64,000 nt of DNA, taken from sequence record SRR9188677_125. One strand, given 5' to 3'. The translations under genes and the position numbers were made by a program. Positions 33,415-42,188 of this stretch are shown piece after piece. Under the pieces are notes generated by a model that searched no databases, was not told the origin of the DNA, and saw only the letters and a program-made list of their open reading frames with translations. Positions within the stretch are counted from its first letter, which is position 1, and each line of letters begins with the position of its first letter.

Positions 33415-33442
33415 CTACACACAACAAAAACAACAACACACA

Positions 33443-34714
33443 ATGACTGTAGATTTACTACTCGGATTACAATGGGGAGACGAAGGAAAAGGAAAAATCG
33501 TTGACGTACTGACTTCAAAATACGACATCATCGCTCGTTTTCAGGGCGGGCCAAATGCCGGGCATACTTTAGAATTTGATGGAATCAAGCATGTTTTGAG
33601 AACTATTCCGTCCGGGATTTTTCATGAGAACAACATCAACATCATCGGAAACGGTGTTGTAATTGACCCTGTTGTTTTTAAAGGGGAAATAGACGGTTTG
33701 GCGAAATTCAATCTGGACATCAAATCAAAACTGATCATCTCAAGAAAAGCCCACTTAATCTTACCTACACACCGTTTGCTGGATGCCGCTTCTGAAGCAG
33801 CCAAAGGAAAAGCCAAAATCGGTTCGACACTTAAAGGAATTGGCCCTACTTATATGGACAAAACCGGAAGGAACGGACTTCGCGTAGGCGATATCGAATT
33901 GGCAGATTTCAAGGAACGATACAGGACATTGGCAGACAAGCACGAAGCCATGATCGCTTTTTACGATGTAAACATCCAATACAATTTATCCGAATTGGAA
34001 AAAGAATTCTTTGAAGCCATTGAAGATTTAAAAAAATTAGACTTTATCGACAGCGAGGAATATCTGGCAAAGGCTCAGAAAGAAGGAAAATCCATACTCT
34101 GCGAAGGCGCGCAAGGCTCTTTACTGGATGTTGATTTCGGGACTTATCCGTTTGTAACCTCATCCAACACTACTGCTGCCGGAGCCTGTACCGGTTTGGG
34201 AATCGCACCTAACAAAATCAAGGAAGTCTTCGGGATTTTCAAAGCTTATACCACGCGTGTTGGTTCAGGCCCATTCCCTACCGAGGATTTTGGCGATGCA
34301 GGCGATGTGATGGCAAAAGTGGGTAATGAATTCGGGTCGGTAACCGGAAGGAAAAGACGTTGTGGCTGGCTCGATTTAATTGCGCTGAAATATGCCATCC
34401 AGATCAACGGGGTAACCCAGCTGATGATGATGAAAGGCGACGTGCTTTCGGGCTTTGATACTTTAAAAGTTTGTACCGGATACAATTACAGAGGAGAAAC
34501 CATCCATCATTTGCCATACAATATCGAAGAAGACAACCTGACTCCAATTTACACTGAATTCAAAGGCTGGGCACAGGATCTAACCGGACTGACTACTTTT
34601 GAAAGCCTGCCGAAAGAATTAAAGGACTACATCGAATTCATCGAAAAAGAAGTCGAAGTTCCGATAAAGATCATTTCTGTAGGCCCGGACAGGAAACAGA
34701 CGATAACAAAATAA
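33443..34714 (+). CDS. purA: Adenylosuccinate synthetase
   Basis: QWGDEGKGK, GGPNAGHT, EGAQG, YTTRVG. Confidence 0.97.
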   Translation: MTVDLLLGLQWGDEGKGKIVDVLTSKYDIIARFQGGPNAGHTLEFDGIKHVLRTIPSGIFHENNINIIGNGVVIDPVVFKGEIDGLAKFNLDIKSKLIISRKAHLILPTHRLLDAASEAAKGKAKIGSTLKGIGPTYMDKTGRNGLRVGDIELADFKERYRTLADKHEAMIAFYDVNIQYNLSELEKEFFEAIEDLKKLDFIDSEEYLAKAQKEGKSILCEGAQGSLLDVDFGTYPFVTSSNTTAAGACTGLGIAPNKIKEVFGIFKAYTTRVGSGPFPTEDFGDAGDVMAKVGNEFGSVTGRKRRCGWLDLIALKYAIQINGVTQLMMMKGDVLSGFDTLKVCTGYNYRGETIHHLPYNIEEDNLTPIYTEFKGWAQDLTGLTTFESLPKELKDYIEFIEKEVEVPIKIISVGPDRKQTITK

Positions 34715-34724
34715 TACCAATAAG

Positions 34725-34752
34725 AAGGCTGTTTTACGACAGCCTTTTTTTT
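34725..34752 (+). terminator. Intrinsic terminator after purA
   Basis: AAGGCTGT-TTTACG-ACAGCCTT plus T tract. Confidence 0.8.
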
Positions 34753-34792
34753 ATCTTAGGATTCAACAATCGTTCTAAAATAAATCATCCGA

Positions 34793-35539
34793 ATGAAATA
34801 CCTAATGCTGCTTTTTTGTTTTTTAACCAATAGTTCTTTTTCGCAGGATAACCCTTTGGAAGATTCGGTAAAAAAGGAAATCAATTATAAAGAGGAAGAC
34901 TATTTTGGCTTTTCGAGCAAAATTCTGCCCACCAATCCTGCCTTGGCTGTTGTTTGCGCCGTAAAATATAATGGCGAAGTTAGCGATGATGGCTTTAATT
35001 GCGATTTGTCGCTCTATCTTATTGACACTAAAACCCATAAGATCATCACCCAATTCCAACAGCAAGACAAATTCCAGTCGGATGCTTATCATTTGTCCTA
35101 TGTAAAGTTAGATATGGCAAATTATAAAGTAACCGACAATCTCAGAGCTTTTGGAATACGAGTTGGTTTTGAAGGAAGTTCAAGGGTATATCCGAGCTGG
35201 AGCAACAGCCTTTCACTATTTACTATCGAGAATAATAAAATCCGTCTTATCCTCGATTCGTTTCCGATGGATGACCTGCAGGGTGATTGGGACACCCATT
35301 GCAATTATGATGGCGAAAAAACAGAATCCGTAGCCATCATGCAAAGCCAGAAAACCAATGGCTATTATGACATCGGCATAAAATCCACTAAGACAATTGA
35401 AAAAACAAGAGCTCCAAAAAAAGAAAGCGACCCTTGCCTTGAAATGGATAAAGTCCTAAAACCGACAACCCAAATACTTCAATACCATAATGGCACTTAC
35501 GGGAAAAAGATAGTTTCAAAAACCAAAAAAAATAGCTAA
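34793..35539 (+). CDS. Exported hypothetical protein (PA3715-like)
   Basis: Signal peptide, LD.A.Y.....RAFGIR, GSSRVYP, WDTHC. Confidence 0.55.
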   Translation: MKYLMLLFCFLTNSSFSQDNPLEDSVKKEINYKEEDYFGFSSKILPTNPALAVVCAVKYNGEVSDDGFNCDLSLYLIDTKTHKIITQFQQQDKFQSDAYHLSYVKLDMANYKVTDNLRAFGIRVGFEGSSRVYPSWSNSLSLFTIENNKIRLILDSFPMDDLQGDWDTHCNYDGEKTESVAIMQSQKTNGYYDIGIKSTKTIEKTRAPKKESDPCLEMDKVLKPTTQILQYHNGTYGKKIVSKTKKNS

Positions 35540-35639
35540 ATGTGATTCGTGTAAGCAATTAGCCGAAGATTATAACTCTTTCGTTTATAAGTTACTGAAC
35601 TTTGAGGTTCTGGTTACTAACTTATAAAACACAACTACA

Positions 35640-36475
35640 ATGAATTACATAGAATCTGGCAAAGATGCCACCGGAACGCCCATCAGGATTTATTACAATG
35701 ACTACGGGACAGGGAAACCAATCATCCTGATCCACGGCTGGCCCCTGAGCAGCGAAATGTGGGAATACCAGACCAATGATCTGGTAAACAACGGCTATCG
35801 CGTAATCGCTTATGACCGAAGGGGTTTCGGAAAATCCTCAAAACCATGGGACGGGTACAATTATGATACAATGACCGACGATTTGAAGGAACTGATTGAA
35901 CAGCTTCAATTAACGGATGTTAGTCTTGTAGGATTCTCAATGGGCGGCGGCGAGGTGGTCCGTTATTTCAGCCGGCATGGAGGAAAGAATGTTGCCAAAG
36001 CGGTACTCGTTGCAGCCATCACGCCCTTTATGTTAAAAACTGACAGCAATCCGAATGGGGTTCCGCAGGATGTTTTTGACGGAATGACCGAAGAAATGAT
36101 CAACGACCGTATCGGTTTTCTGGATGATTTCGGGAAAACATTTTTGGGGTCGGGATCCTGAACCATCCGGTAAGCACGCCTTTACTTGAATACTACAGAA
36201 TGTTAGGTTCATTCGCATCCCCAAGAGCTACCCAGGAATGTGCCAAAGCGTTTGCTACAACTGATTTCAGGTCGGAGATGGCATCGGTAAAAGTACCTAC
36301 GCTAATCATCCACGGGGATGCTGATGAAACTGTTCCCATTGGAGCTACTGCTGAAGAAGCGGCAAAAGCCATTCCGAACAGCAGGCTTATTGTATATGAA
36401 GGTGCGCCACACGGTTTGTTTTACACTGACAGGAACAGGCTTAACAAAGACCTGCTTGCCTTTTTGAGCGAATAA
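35640..36475 (+). pseudogene. Alpha/beta hydrolase (non-heme haloperoxidase/arylesterase type) split by a frameshift near 36141-36149
   Basis: 5' half has IHGWPLS, YDRRGFGKS, GFSMGG; 3' half has HGDAD, GAPHG; adding one T to the T5 run gives ...KTFFGVGILNHPVSTPLLEYYRMLG... Confidence 0.8.
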
Positions 36476-36482
36476 TGTATGG

Positions 36483-36515
36483 AATAGCTGATCGGCACTT
36501 TCGGCTATTTTTTTT
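36483..36515 (+). terminator. Intrinsic terminator after the hydrolase
   Basis: AATAGCTGA...TCGGCTATT plus T tract. Confidence 0.65.
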
Positions 36516-36516
36516 G

Positions 36517-36546
36517 AGGACTTCCGGATTCGTCTGGAAGTCCTTT
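36517..36546. terminator. Second hairpin between the convergent hydrolase and SemiSWEET genes
   Basis: AGGACTTCCGGA-TTCG-TCTGGAAGTCCT. Confidence 0.6.
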
Positions 36547-36859
36547 ATTTGGATTTCTTTTTTACTGCTTTAGGAAGTATCGATTCATGGACTTTATTCA
36601 TCGTTTTTTGAGAGATAGCTTTCAATAAAAGAATAATAACACAGGTAAGTACTGAAATCGCATTGGCAATTATGATGGGCCAGTCTGACTTTGCAATGCC
36701 GTAAGCGACCCACAATGCCGTTCCCAAAAGCAGCAAGCCATAAGTAACCGCAGAAATATGCTGTGTGGATTTTTCCCGGATGATAAGATAAGCCTGGGGC
36801 AGGTTGGCTGCCGTGGTCAGTGCAGCAGCACACAATCCGATTATTTGTATAGCGTCCAT
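36545..36859 (-). CDS. SemiSWEET/PQ-loop sugar transporter
   Basis: LPQ motif, STQHIS, W..YG....WPIIIAN; three TM helices. Confidence 0.85.
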   Translation of the reverse strand: MDAIQIIGLCAAALTTAANLPQAYLIIREKSTQHISAVTYGLLLLGTALWVAYGIAKSDWPIIIANAISVLTCVIILLLKAISQKTMNKVHESILPKAVKKKSK

Positions 36860-36990
36860 ATAGCTTTTTTATAAAGGTACTAAACAAATCAACAGCTATT
36901 TGTGCCGGAACGGTTGTTATTTCGCTACATCCACCATATTCTTCTTAAATTTTCTTATTTTAGCAGTAATTGTCAGCATCAAAACCAAAC

Positions 36991-37362
36991 ATGGGCATAC
37001 TAAATGATAGCAATCTGCAGCTAAGGCAGGAAAACGAACGGCTTGCTGCCCTGCATTCGTATCATATTACCGATACCTTCAGTGAAGCAGAATACGATCA
37101 AATCGCCAAGCTGGCTTCTGCCATTTGCGGAACTCCGGTCGCCCTGGTAACTTTTGTCGATGAAAACTGGCAATGGTTTAAAGCCAAAGTAGGAACCGAT
37201 TTTGACGGCACTCCCCGCGAGATTGCGTTCACTTGGTCGGCTACGCGGATCGTATATTCACCGATCTGCGCTTACGGAAAAGAAAACGAAGGAGCGGTCT
37301 TCACTATACGAATTCCTGACCAGGGGTATTTGAGAATAAATAAAAAACCCTTCCGTCTCTGA
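36991..37362 (+). pseudogene. Relic of a GAF-domain sensor histidine kinase (internal deletion)
   Basis: GAF N-terminus (ERLAALHSY.I.DT, CGTPVALVT, QWFKAKVG, PREIAF) joined to an HATPase tail (GKENEGAVFTIRIP). Confidence 0.65.
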
Positions 37363-37369
37363 AAGGGTT
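37342..37369 (-). terminator. Intrinsic terminator after the amylase gene
   Basis: Minus strand AACCCTTTC-AGAGAC-GGAAGGGTT plus T tract. Confidence 0.7.
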
Positions 37370-37380
37370 GCTGTTCGTAC

Positions 37381-39252
37381 TTATAATTTGAATATAAAAC
37401 TCTCACTCGGTTTTACGCTGAGTTGGATGGTTCCTTTGCCATCTGTTACTTTTAACTGGGCTTTGGTCCCGTAAAGCTGATCGGTCACATCGTATAATCC
37501 GTCTTTTATTTTCCAGGTACTGATAAGCTCTTTAGGGATTTTCAACTGGAAATTGCTGGTCGTAACCCACGAAAAATTGGCTACTACAATCAGTTTTTCT
37601 TTAGCCGACCAACGTACGTAAGAATATAATCCTGCGTCATAAGCTTTGGTTTCGTTTCTGTTGATGGTCTGGAGTTCCTGGAATTTACCCATCAAAGCAT
37701 CGCTTTTTAAAGTAAAATTCAATAGGCGTTTGTAGAAATCACGCAGCTTCTTTTCGCTGTCCGATAGTTTTCCGCCATCAAATTTTCCGCCGTTCATCCA
37801 GCGCTGGTGGTGCGGAACGCCTACATAATCAAAAATAGAAGTACGCGATGGTTTCCCGAAACCGCCGTCTTCCTTTCCGTCCTCGCCTACTTCCTGCCCG
37901 AAATAAATCATGGTTGGCGACGAACTGATAGTAGCCGAAACAACCATCATCGGTTTTCCTTTTTCGGGAGTTCCTGCAAATTCCGGGCTTGCCAAACGCT
38001 GCTCGTCGTGGTTGTCCAAAAAGTGAAGCATATGATGCTCAATGTCTTTCATGTTATCCTGAATATCTGAAAGCGGCTCAGGCATGGCATTTCCCTGGAT
38101 GATCGCTTTTAAATGATCGTAGGTTTCTACCTTGTCATAGAGGTAATCCATCTTTCCTAAATGGATATAATTTCTATATTCTTTCGGATTGTAAACCTCA
38201 GCCATAAGAAACGCTTTCGGGTTTTTCATCTTGATGGCTGAATTCATATAGCTCCAGAATTCATAAGGAACCATTTCCGCCATATCATACCTAAAACCGT
38301 CCACGCCTTTGTTTATCCAATATAAGGCAATGTCACGGAATTTTTTCCACGAGCTTGGTACGTCTTTATCTTTCCAATATTCGTAATGTGCTTTATAATC
38401 CTTAGAGTCAAATCCGGCAGGTAATTCCGGGAAATCTTTTGTCCCGTCTGGCCTTACGCCATAGTTTACCTTTACGGTTTCGTACCAGTCATTGATATCG
38501 GGCTTTGCCTGACGCGAACCGTTTCCGGTCCATTTTGCCGGGTTTTCCGTGAATTTTCCATCAATCATCGGATTGGTTTCGCCGTTCAGAGGTTTGTAGC
38601 TGTCCGAAGTCGGCACCTGGAAAGCCTGCCCGGGAATGTAATAGAAATTGTTGTCCCTTGCATATTCTACTGAAGTATTGTCTTCTGCACCAAAATCAGT
38701 AACGCCTTTCGGATTGGTCAAACTGTGGTAATTGCGCGCAATGTGGTTAGGAACAATATCAATAATTACTTTTAATCCGTTGTTATGTGTACGGGTAATC
38801 AAAGCCTGGAATTCTTCCAATCTTTTTGCAGGATTCACAGCCAAATCAGGGTTTACATTGTAGTAATCTTTAACCGCATAAGGCGATCCGGCCCGGCCTT
38901 TCACCACATCGGGATCGTCGTTTGAGATTCCGTATTTGGTGTAATCGCGGATGACATCGTGGTGCGGAACGCCAGTGTACCAGATGTAAGTTACGCCGAG
39001 TTTTTTGATTTCCTGCAAGGCTTTGTCGGTAAAATCATTGAACTTCCCTACCCCATTCTCTTCAATGGTTCCCCAGGGTTTGTTGGTGGTATTTTTATTT
39101 CCGAACAATCGGGTAAAAACTTGATAGACTACATCCTTTTTTGGCGTACTTACTGTTTTCGGTTTGGCATTCATAGCGGGCTTTTTTTGCGCAGAGGTTG
39201 TAGACACTATAACACAACTCAATGCCAAGGCTAAGGTTAAACTTGTTTTCAT
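37381..39252 (-). CDS. GH13 alpha-amylase family protein, exported
   Basis: DIVPNH, GVDGFRYDMAE, AEVY, FLDNHDE; signal peptide ending AQ. Confidence 0.9.
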   Translation of the reverse strand: MKTSLTLALALSCVIVSTTSAQKKPAMNAKPKTVSTPKKDVVYQVFTRLFGNKNTTNKPWGTIEENGVGKFNDFTDKALQEIKKLGVTYIWYTGVPHHDVIRDYTKYGISNDDPDVVKGRAGSPYAVKDYYNVNPDLAVNPAKRLEEFQALITRTHNNGLKVIIDIVPNHIARNYHSLTNPKGVTDFGAEDNTSVEYARDNNFYYIPGQAFQVPTSDSYKPLNGETNPMIDGKFTENPAKWTGNGSRQAKPDINDWYETVKVNYGVRPDGTKDFPELPAGFDSKDYKAHYEYWKDKDVPSSWKKFRDIALYWINKGVDGFRYDMAEMVPYEFWSYMNSAIKMKNPKAFLMAEVYNPKEYRNYIHLGKMDYLYDKVETYDHLKAIIQGNAMPEPLSDIQDNMKDIEHHMLHFLDNHDEQRLASPEFAGTPEKGKPMMVVSATISSSPTMIYFGQEVGEDGKEDGGFGKPSRTSIFDYVGVPHHQRWMNGGKFDGGKLSDSEKKLRDFYKRLLNFTLKSDALMGKFQELQTINRNETKAYDAGLYSYVRWSAKEKLIVVANFSWVTTSNFQLKIPKELISTWKIKDGLYDVTDQLYGTKAQLKVTDGKGTIQLSVKPSESFIFKL

Positions 39253-39293
39253 AGATGCTGAGACTTACCATCTGGTTCCATAAGTCATAGTCA

Positions 39294-39431
39294 CAAATAT
39301 AAAGATTATCGCGGTTTTATTAGCCAAATCACCATCGAAAATCAAATAATAGCCAAAAATGAGGCAATAATAAGTTATATCCATCGAATAAAAATTACTT
39401 GGTTTTAAACCCAATAATGCTTTTATCTTTG
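39294..39431. promoter_or_regulatory. Divergent promoters: TATATTTG (-, 39294-39301) and TATCTTTG (+, 39424-39431)
   Basis: Two perfect TAnnTTTG elements, each oriented toward its gene. Confidence 0.6.
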
Positions 39432-39456
39432 TTACAGAAATTAAAATCAGATAGTT

Positions 39457-41391
39457 TTGAAAACCACATCTAAAATAGTTCTTTACAGCTTACTGCTTTT
39501 TGCAGGGCATTTTGGTTGGTCGCAGCAGACAACTATTGACAGCCTGAAAAGGGTTTTTAAAGCCGCTAAAACCGACACCGTTAAAGTTAACATATACAAC
39601 AAGCTGGCATTTGAATTGAAGGAAAGTGCACCCGATTCAGCTTTTTTTTATGCTTCGAAAGCGGAAGGATTTGCCCGAAAAATCAAATACGGTAATGGTA
39701 TTGCGACCGCGGCTATCAATAAGGGAAATGTTAATATCATTTTAGGAGAATACGCCGATGGCAAAAAAAACTTCAGAAAAGCCCAAGCCATTTTTGAAAA
39801 ACTGCTAGACGATGATTCGGAAAACAAAAGCTTTAAAAACGGCCTCGCCCGGAGCCATGCCAGTCTGGGAGTAATTTTTTCTCAGGAAAGCAATTATTAC
39901 GAAGCCATAGAAAATTACGAGAAAGCTTTAAAGATTTATATCGAGATTGGCCAGAAAAGCAGTGTTTCCAAAGCCTACAACAATATAGGAATCGTTTACA
40001 AATCTAGAAGGAACAATACCAAAGCCGTAGAATATTTCAAAAAAGCCCTCAAGATCCAGGAAGAAACCGGCGAGCAGACTTTGCCCGTTACCATGACCAA
40101 TATCGGGGTAATTTATTTTGAGGATAACAATCTGAAAGAAGCATATTCGTATTACACTCAAGCCGAAAAACTGTTTAAATCGACCAAAAACACCCGAGGA
40201 TTGGCATTGCTTTACAACTATTGGGGCGATTTTTATACCAAATCAAAAGCAGCTGCCAAAGCCGAATCGTATTATAAGGAATCGCTTAAGTTATATGAAA
40301 GCATCCAGAATAAGTTTGGCGCTTCGCTCGCACTGTACAACCTTGGAACTTTATATTTCAATCAGCAGCGGTATACTGAGGCGATGCCGCTGGCTGCACA
40401 ATCACTGGCTTATGCCAACGAGCTGAGCATCCTTGACCAAATCTACCATTCCGAAAAACTCGTGAGCGATATTTATGGCGTACAGAACCAGCCCGCACTT
40501 TCTTTGCAGCATTACAAAAATTACATTGTTGCTCGCGACAGCCTGAATACTATGGAAAGTACCCGGAAATTCGACCGTGCCGAAATGGATTTTGAGTACC
40601 AGAAAAAGGAAGCTTTGTACAAGGAAAAAAACAAGCGCGAACACCTGATGCTGATTTTCGGGGTTATCGGGACCTTACTGCTGATTGGCTTGGTCTTTCT
40701 TTTGATCAACAGGCACCAGGTAAAAAAAAGGCTGACGCTTCAGAAAGAAGTCGCCGAATACGAGCAGAAAGCCCTGCACCTTCAGATGAACCCGCACTTT
40801 GTGTTCAACTGCCTGGGTTCCATTTCGAGCTTTATCGTTCAGAACGGTACCGATTCGGCTTTGAAATATTTATCGAAATTCTCCAAGCTGATGCGGCTTA
40901 CTTTGGAATATTCAAAAGATGCGCTGATCCCGATCGACAAGGAAATCGAGAGTCTGCAGAATTATCTGGAACTGGAGCAGCTGCGTTTCCACGACAAGTT
41001 TGATTTTAAGATCCAGTCTAGCGAAAACGTCGAATTCAATATGGGACTGCCGCCTTTATTGGTGCAACCCTTTGTGGAAAATGCCATCCTTCACGGGTTG
41101 GTCCCCAAAGAAGGCAACGGGAGGATAGTCGTAGATTTTGATGTGGAAAACGACCAGTTGATCTGTACCATCTGGGACAATGGAATCGGTATTACGAAAT
41201 CGGCGGCGATGAAAGAAAACTCGATGAAAGCGCACAAATCGATGGCCTTGGAAATCACCAAAAAACGACTGGAAATCATGGAGGCCACCATTTCCAAATC
41301 GGCACAGATTGAAATTAAGGAACTAGAAGAAAACAACACGGTGACCGGAACCAAAGTTACGTTGCGCTTGCCAAAACAATACATTCAATGA
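39457..41391 (+). CDS. TPR-sensor, LytS-type histidine kinase
   Basis: Signal peptide, TPRs (AYNNIGIVY), single TM, LQMNPHFVFN, QPFVENAILHG, DNGIG. Confidence 0.9.
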   Translation: MKTTSKIVLYSLLLFAGHFGWSQQTTIDSLKRVFKAAKTDTVKVNIYNKLAFELKESAPDSAFFYASKAEGFARKIKYGNGIATAAINKGNVNIILGEYADGKKNFRKAQAIFEKLLDDDSENKSFKNGLARSHASLGVIFSQESNYYEAIENYEKALKIYIEIGQKSSVSKAYNNIGIVYKSRRNNTKAVEYFKKALKIQEETGEQTLPVTMTNIGVIYFEDNNLKEAYSYYTQAEKLFKSTKNTRGLALLYNYWGDFYTKSKAAAKAESYYKESLKLYESIQNKFGASLALYNLGTLYFNQQRYTEAMPLAAQSLAYANELSILDQIYHSEKLVSDIYGVQNQPALSLQHYKNYIVARDSLNTMESTRKFDRAEMDFEYQKKEALYKEKNKREHLMLIFGVIGTLLLIGLVFLLINRHQVKKRLTLQKEVAEYEQKALHLQMNPHFVFNCLGSISSFIVQNGTDSALKYLSKFSKLMRLTLEYSKDALIPIDKEIESLQNYLELEQLRFHDKFDFKIQSSENVEFNMGLPPLLVQPFVENAILHGLVPKEGNGRIVVDFDVENDQLICTIWDNGIGITKSAAMKENSMKAHKSMALEITKKRLEIMEATISKSAQIEIKELEENNTVTGTKVTLRLPKQYIQ

Positions 41392-42152
41392 TAACAGCAG
41401 TACTTATTGACGACGACAGACATTTAAGAACAGGATTAAAAGCGCTTTTGGAGCGTTACACCAATGAGATCCATATTATCGGGGAAGCCGAAAGCGTAAA
41501 GACCGGAGTCGCCATTCTCGAGAAAACGCAGCCCCAGGTATTGTTTTTAGACATCCATTTATCAGACGGGACCGGATTTGACATTCTGGAGCAACTGGCC
41601 AAAACCAAAGGAAAAACCAACGCCCACATTGTTTTTATCACGGCACATGAGCAATATGCGGTGAAAGCATTTAAGTTTTCTGCTTTGGATTTTATCTTAA
41701 AACCCGTTGATCCGGAAGAATTGCAGAATACGATTGCCAAGATCAAGGAAGTCGTTGGCAAAAACAGTACGTCTTTTGAGCATATCGATTTGCTGCTGGA
41801 AAACATCCGCAAGAAAGTGGATAATTTCAAAAGGATTGCATTATCCACCAGCGACGGCATCCATCTTTTTGATGTTTCGGATATCATCCGCTGCGAGGCG
41901 AAAGTGAATTACACCGAATTTTTCATCAAAAACCACAAGCCTTTATTGATCTCGAGAACACTAAAGGAATTTGAGGAAATGCTGGGCGGACACGGTTTTG
42001 AACGCATCCATCAGTCGCACCTGATCAACCTTTCCTACCTGAAATCCTATATAAAATCAGATGGCGGTTATGTGGTCATGGCAGACAATACCAACATTCC
42101 CATCGCGCAAAGCAAAAAAGAACGATTGCAGGAACTCATTAAGAATTTTTAG
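41388..42152 (+). CDS. LytTR-family response regulator
   Basis: REC domain (IDDD, FLDI, FITAH, LKP) plus LytTR (F.RIHQSHLIN). Confidence 0.93.
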   Translation: MITAVLIDDDRHLRTGLKALLERYTNEIHIIGEAESVKTGVAILEKTQPQVLFLDIHLSDGTGFDILEQLAKTKGKTNAHIVFITAHEQYAVKAFKFSALDFILKPVDPEELQNTIAKIKEVVGKNSTSFEHIDLLLENIRKKVDNFKRIALSTSDGIHLFDVSDIIRCEAKVNYTEFFIKNHKPLLISRTLKEFEEMLGGHGFERIHQSHLINLSYLKSYIKSDGGYVVMADNTNIPIAQSKKERLQELIKNF

Positions 42153-42188
42153 ACTTTAGAAACCAACTTTACCAATAAAATAGAAGTT

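Noticed and set aside
36141..36149. Firm call of programmed ribosomal frameshifting
   Set aside because: Atypical slippery heptamer, no evident stimulatory structure, and an indel is the simpler explanation.
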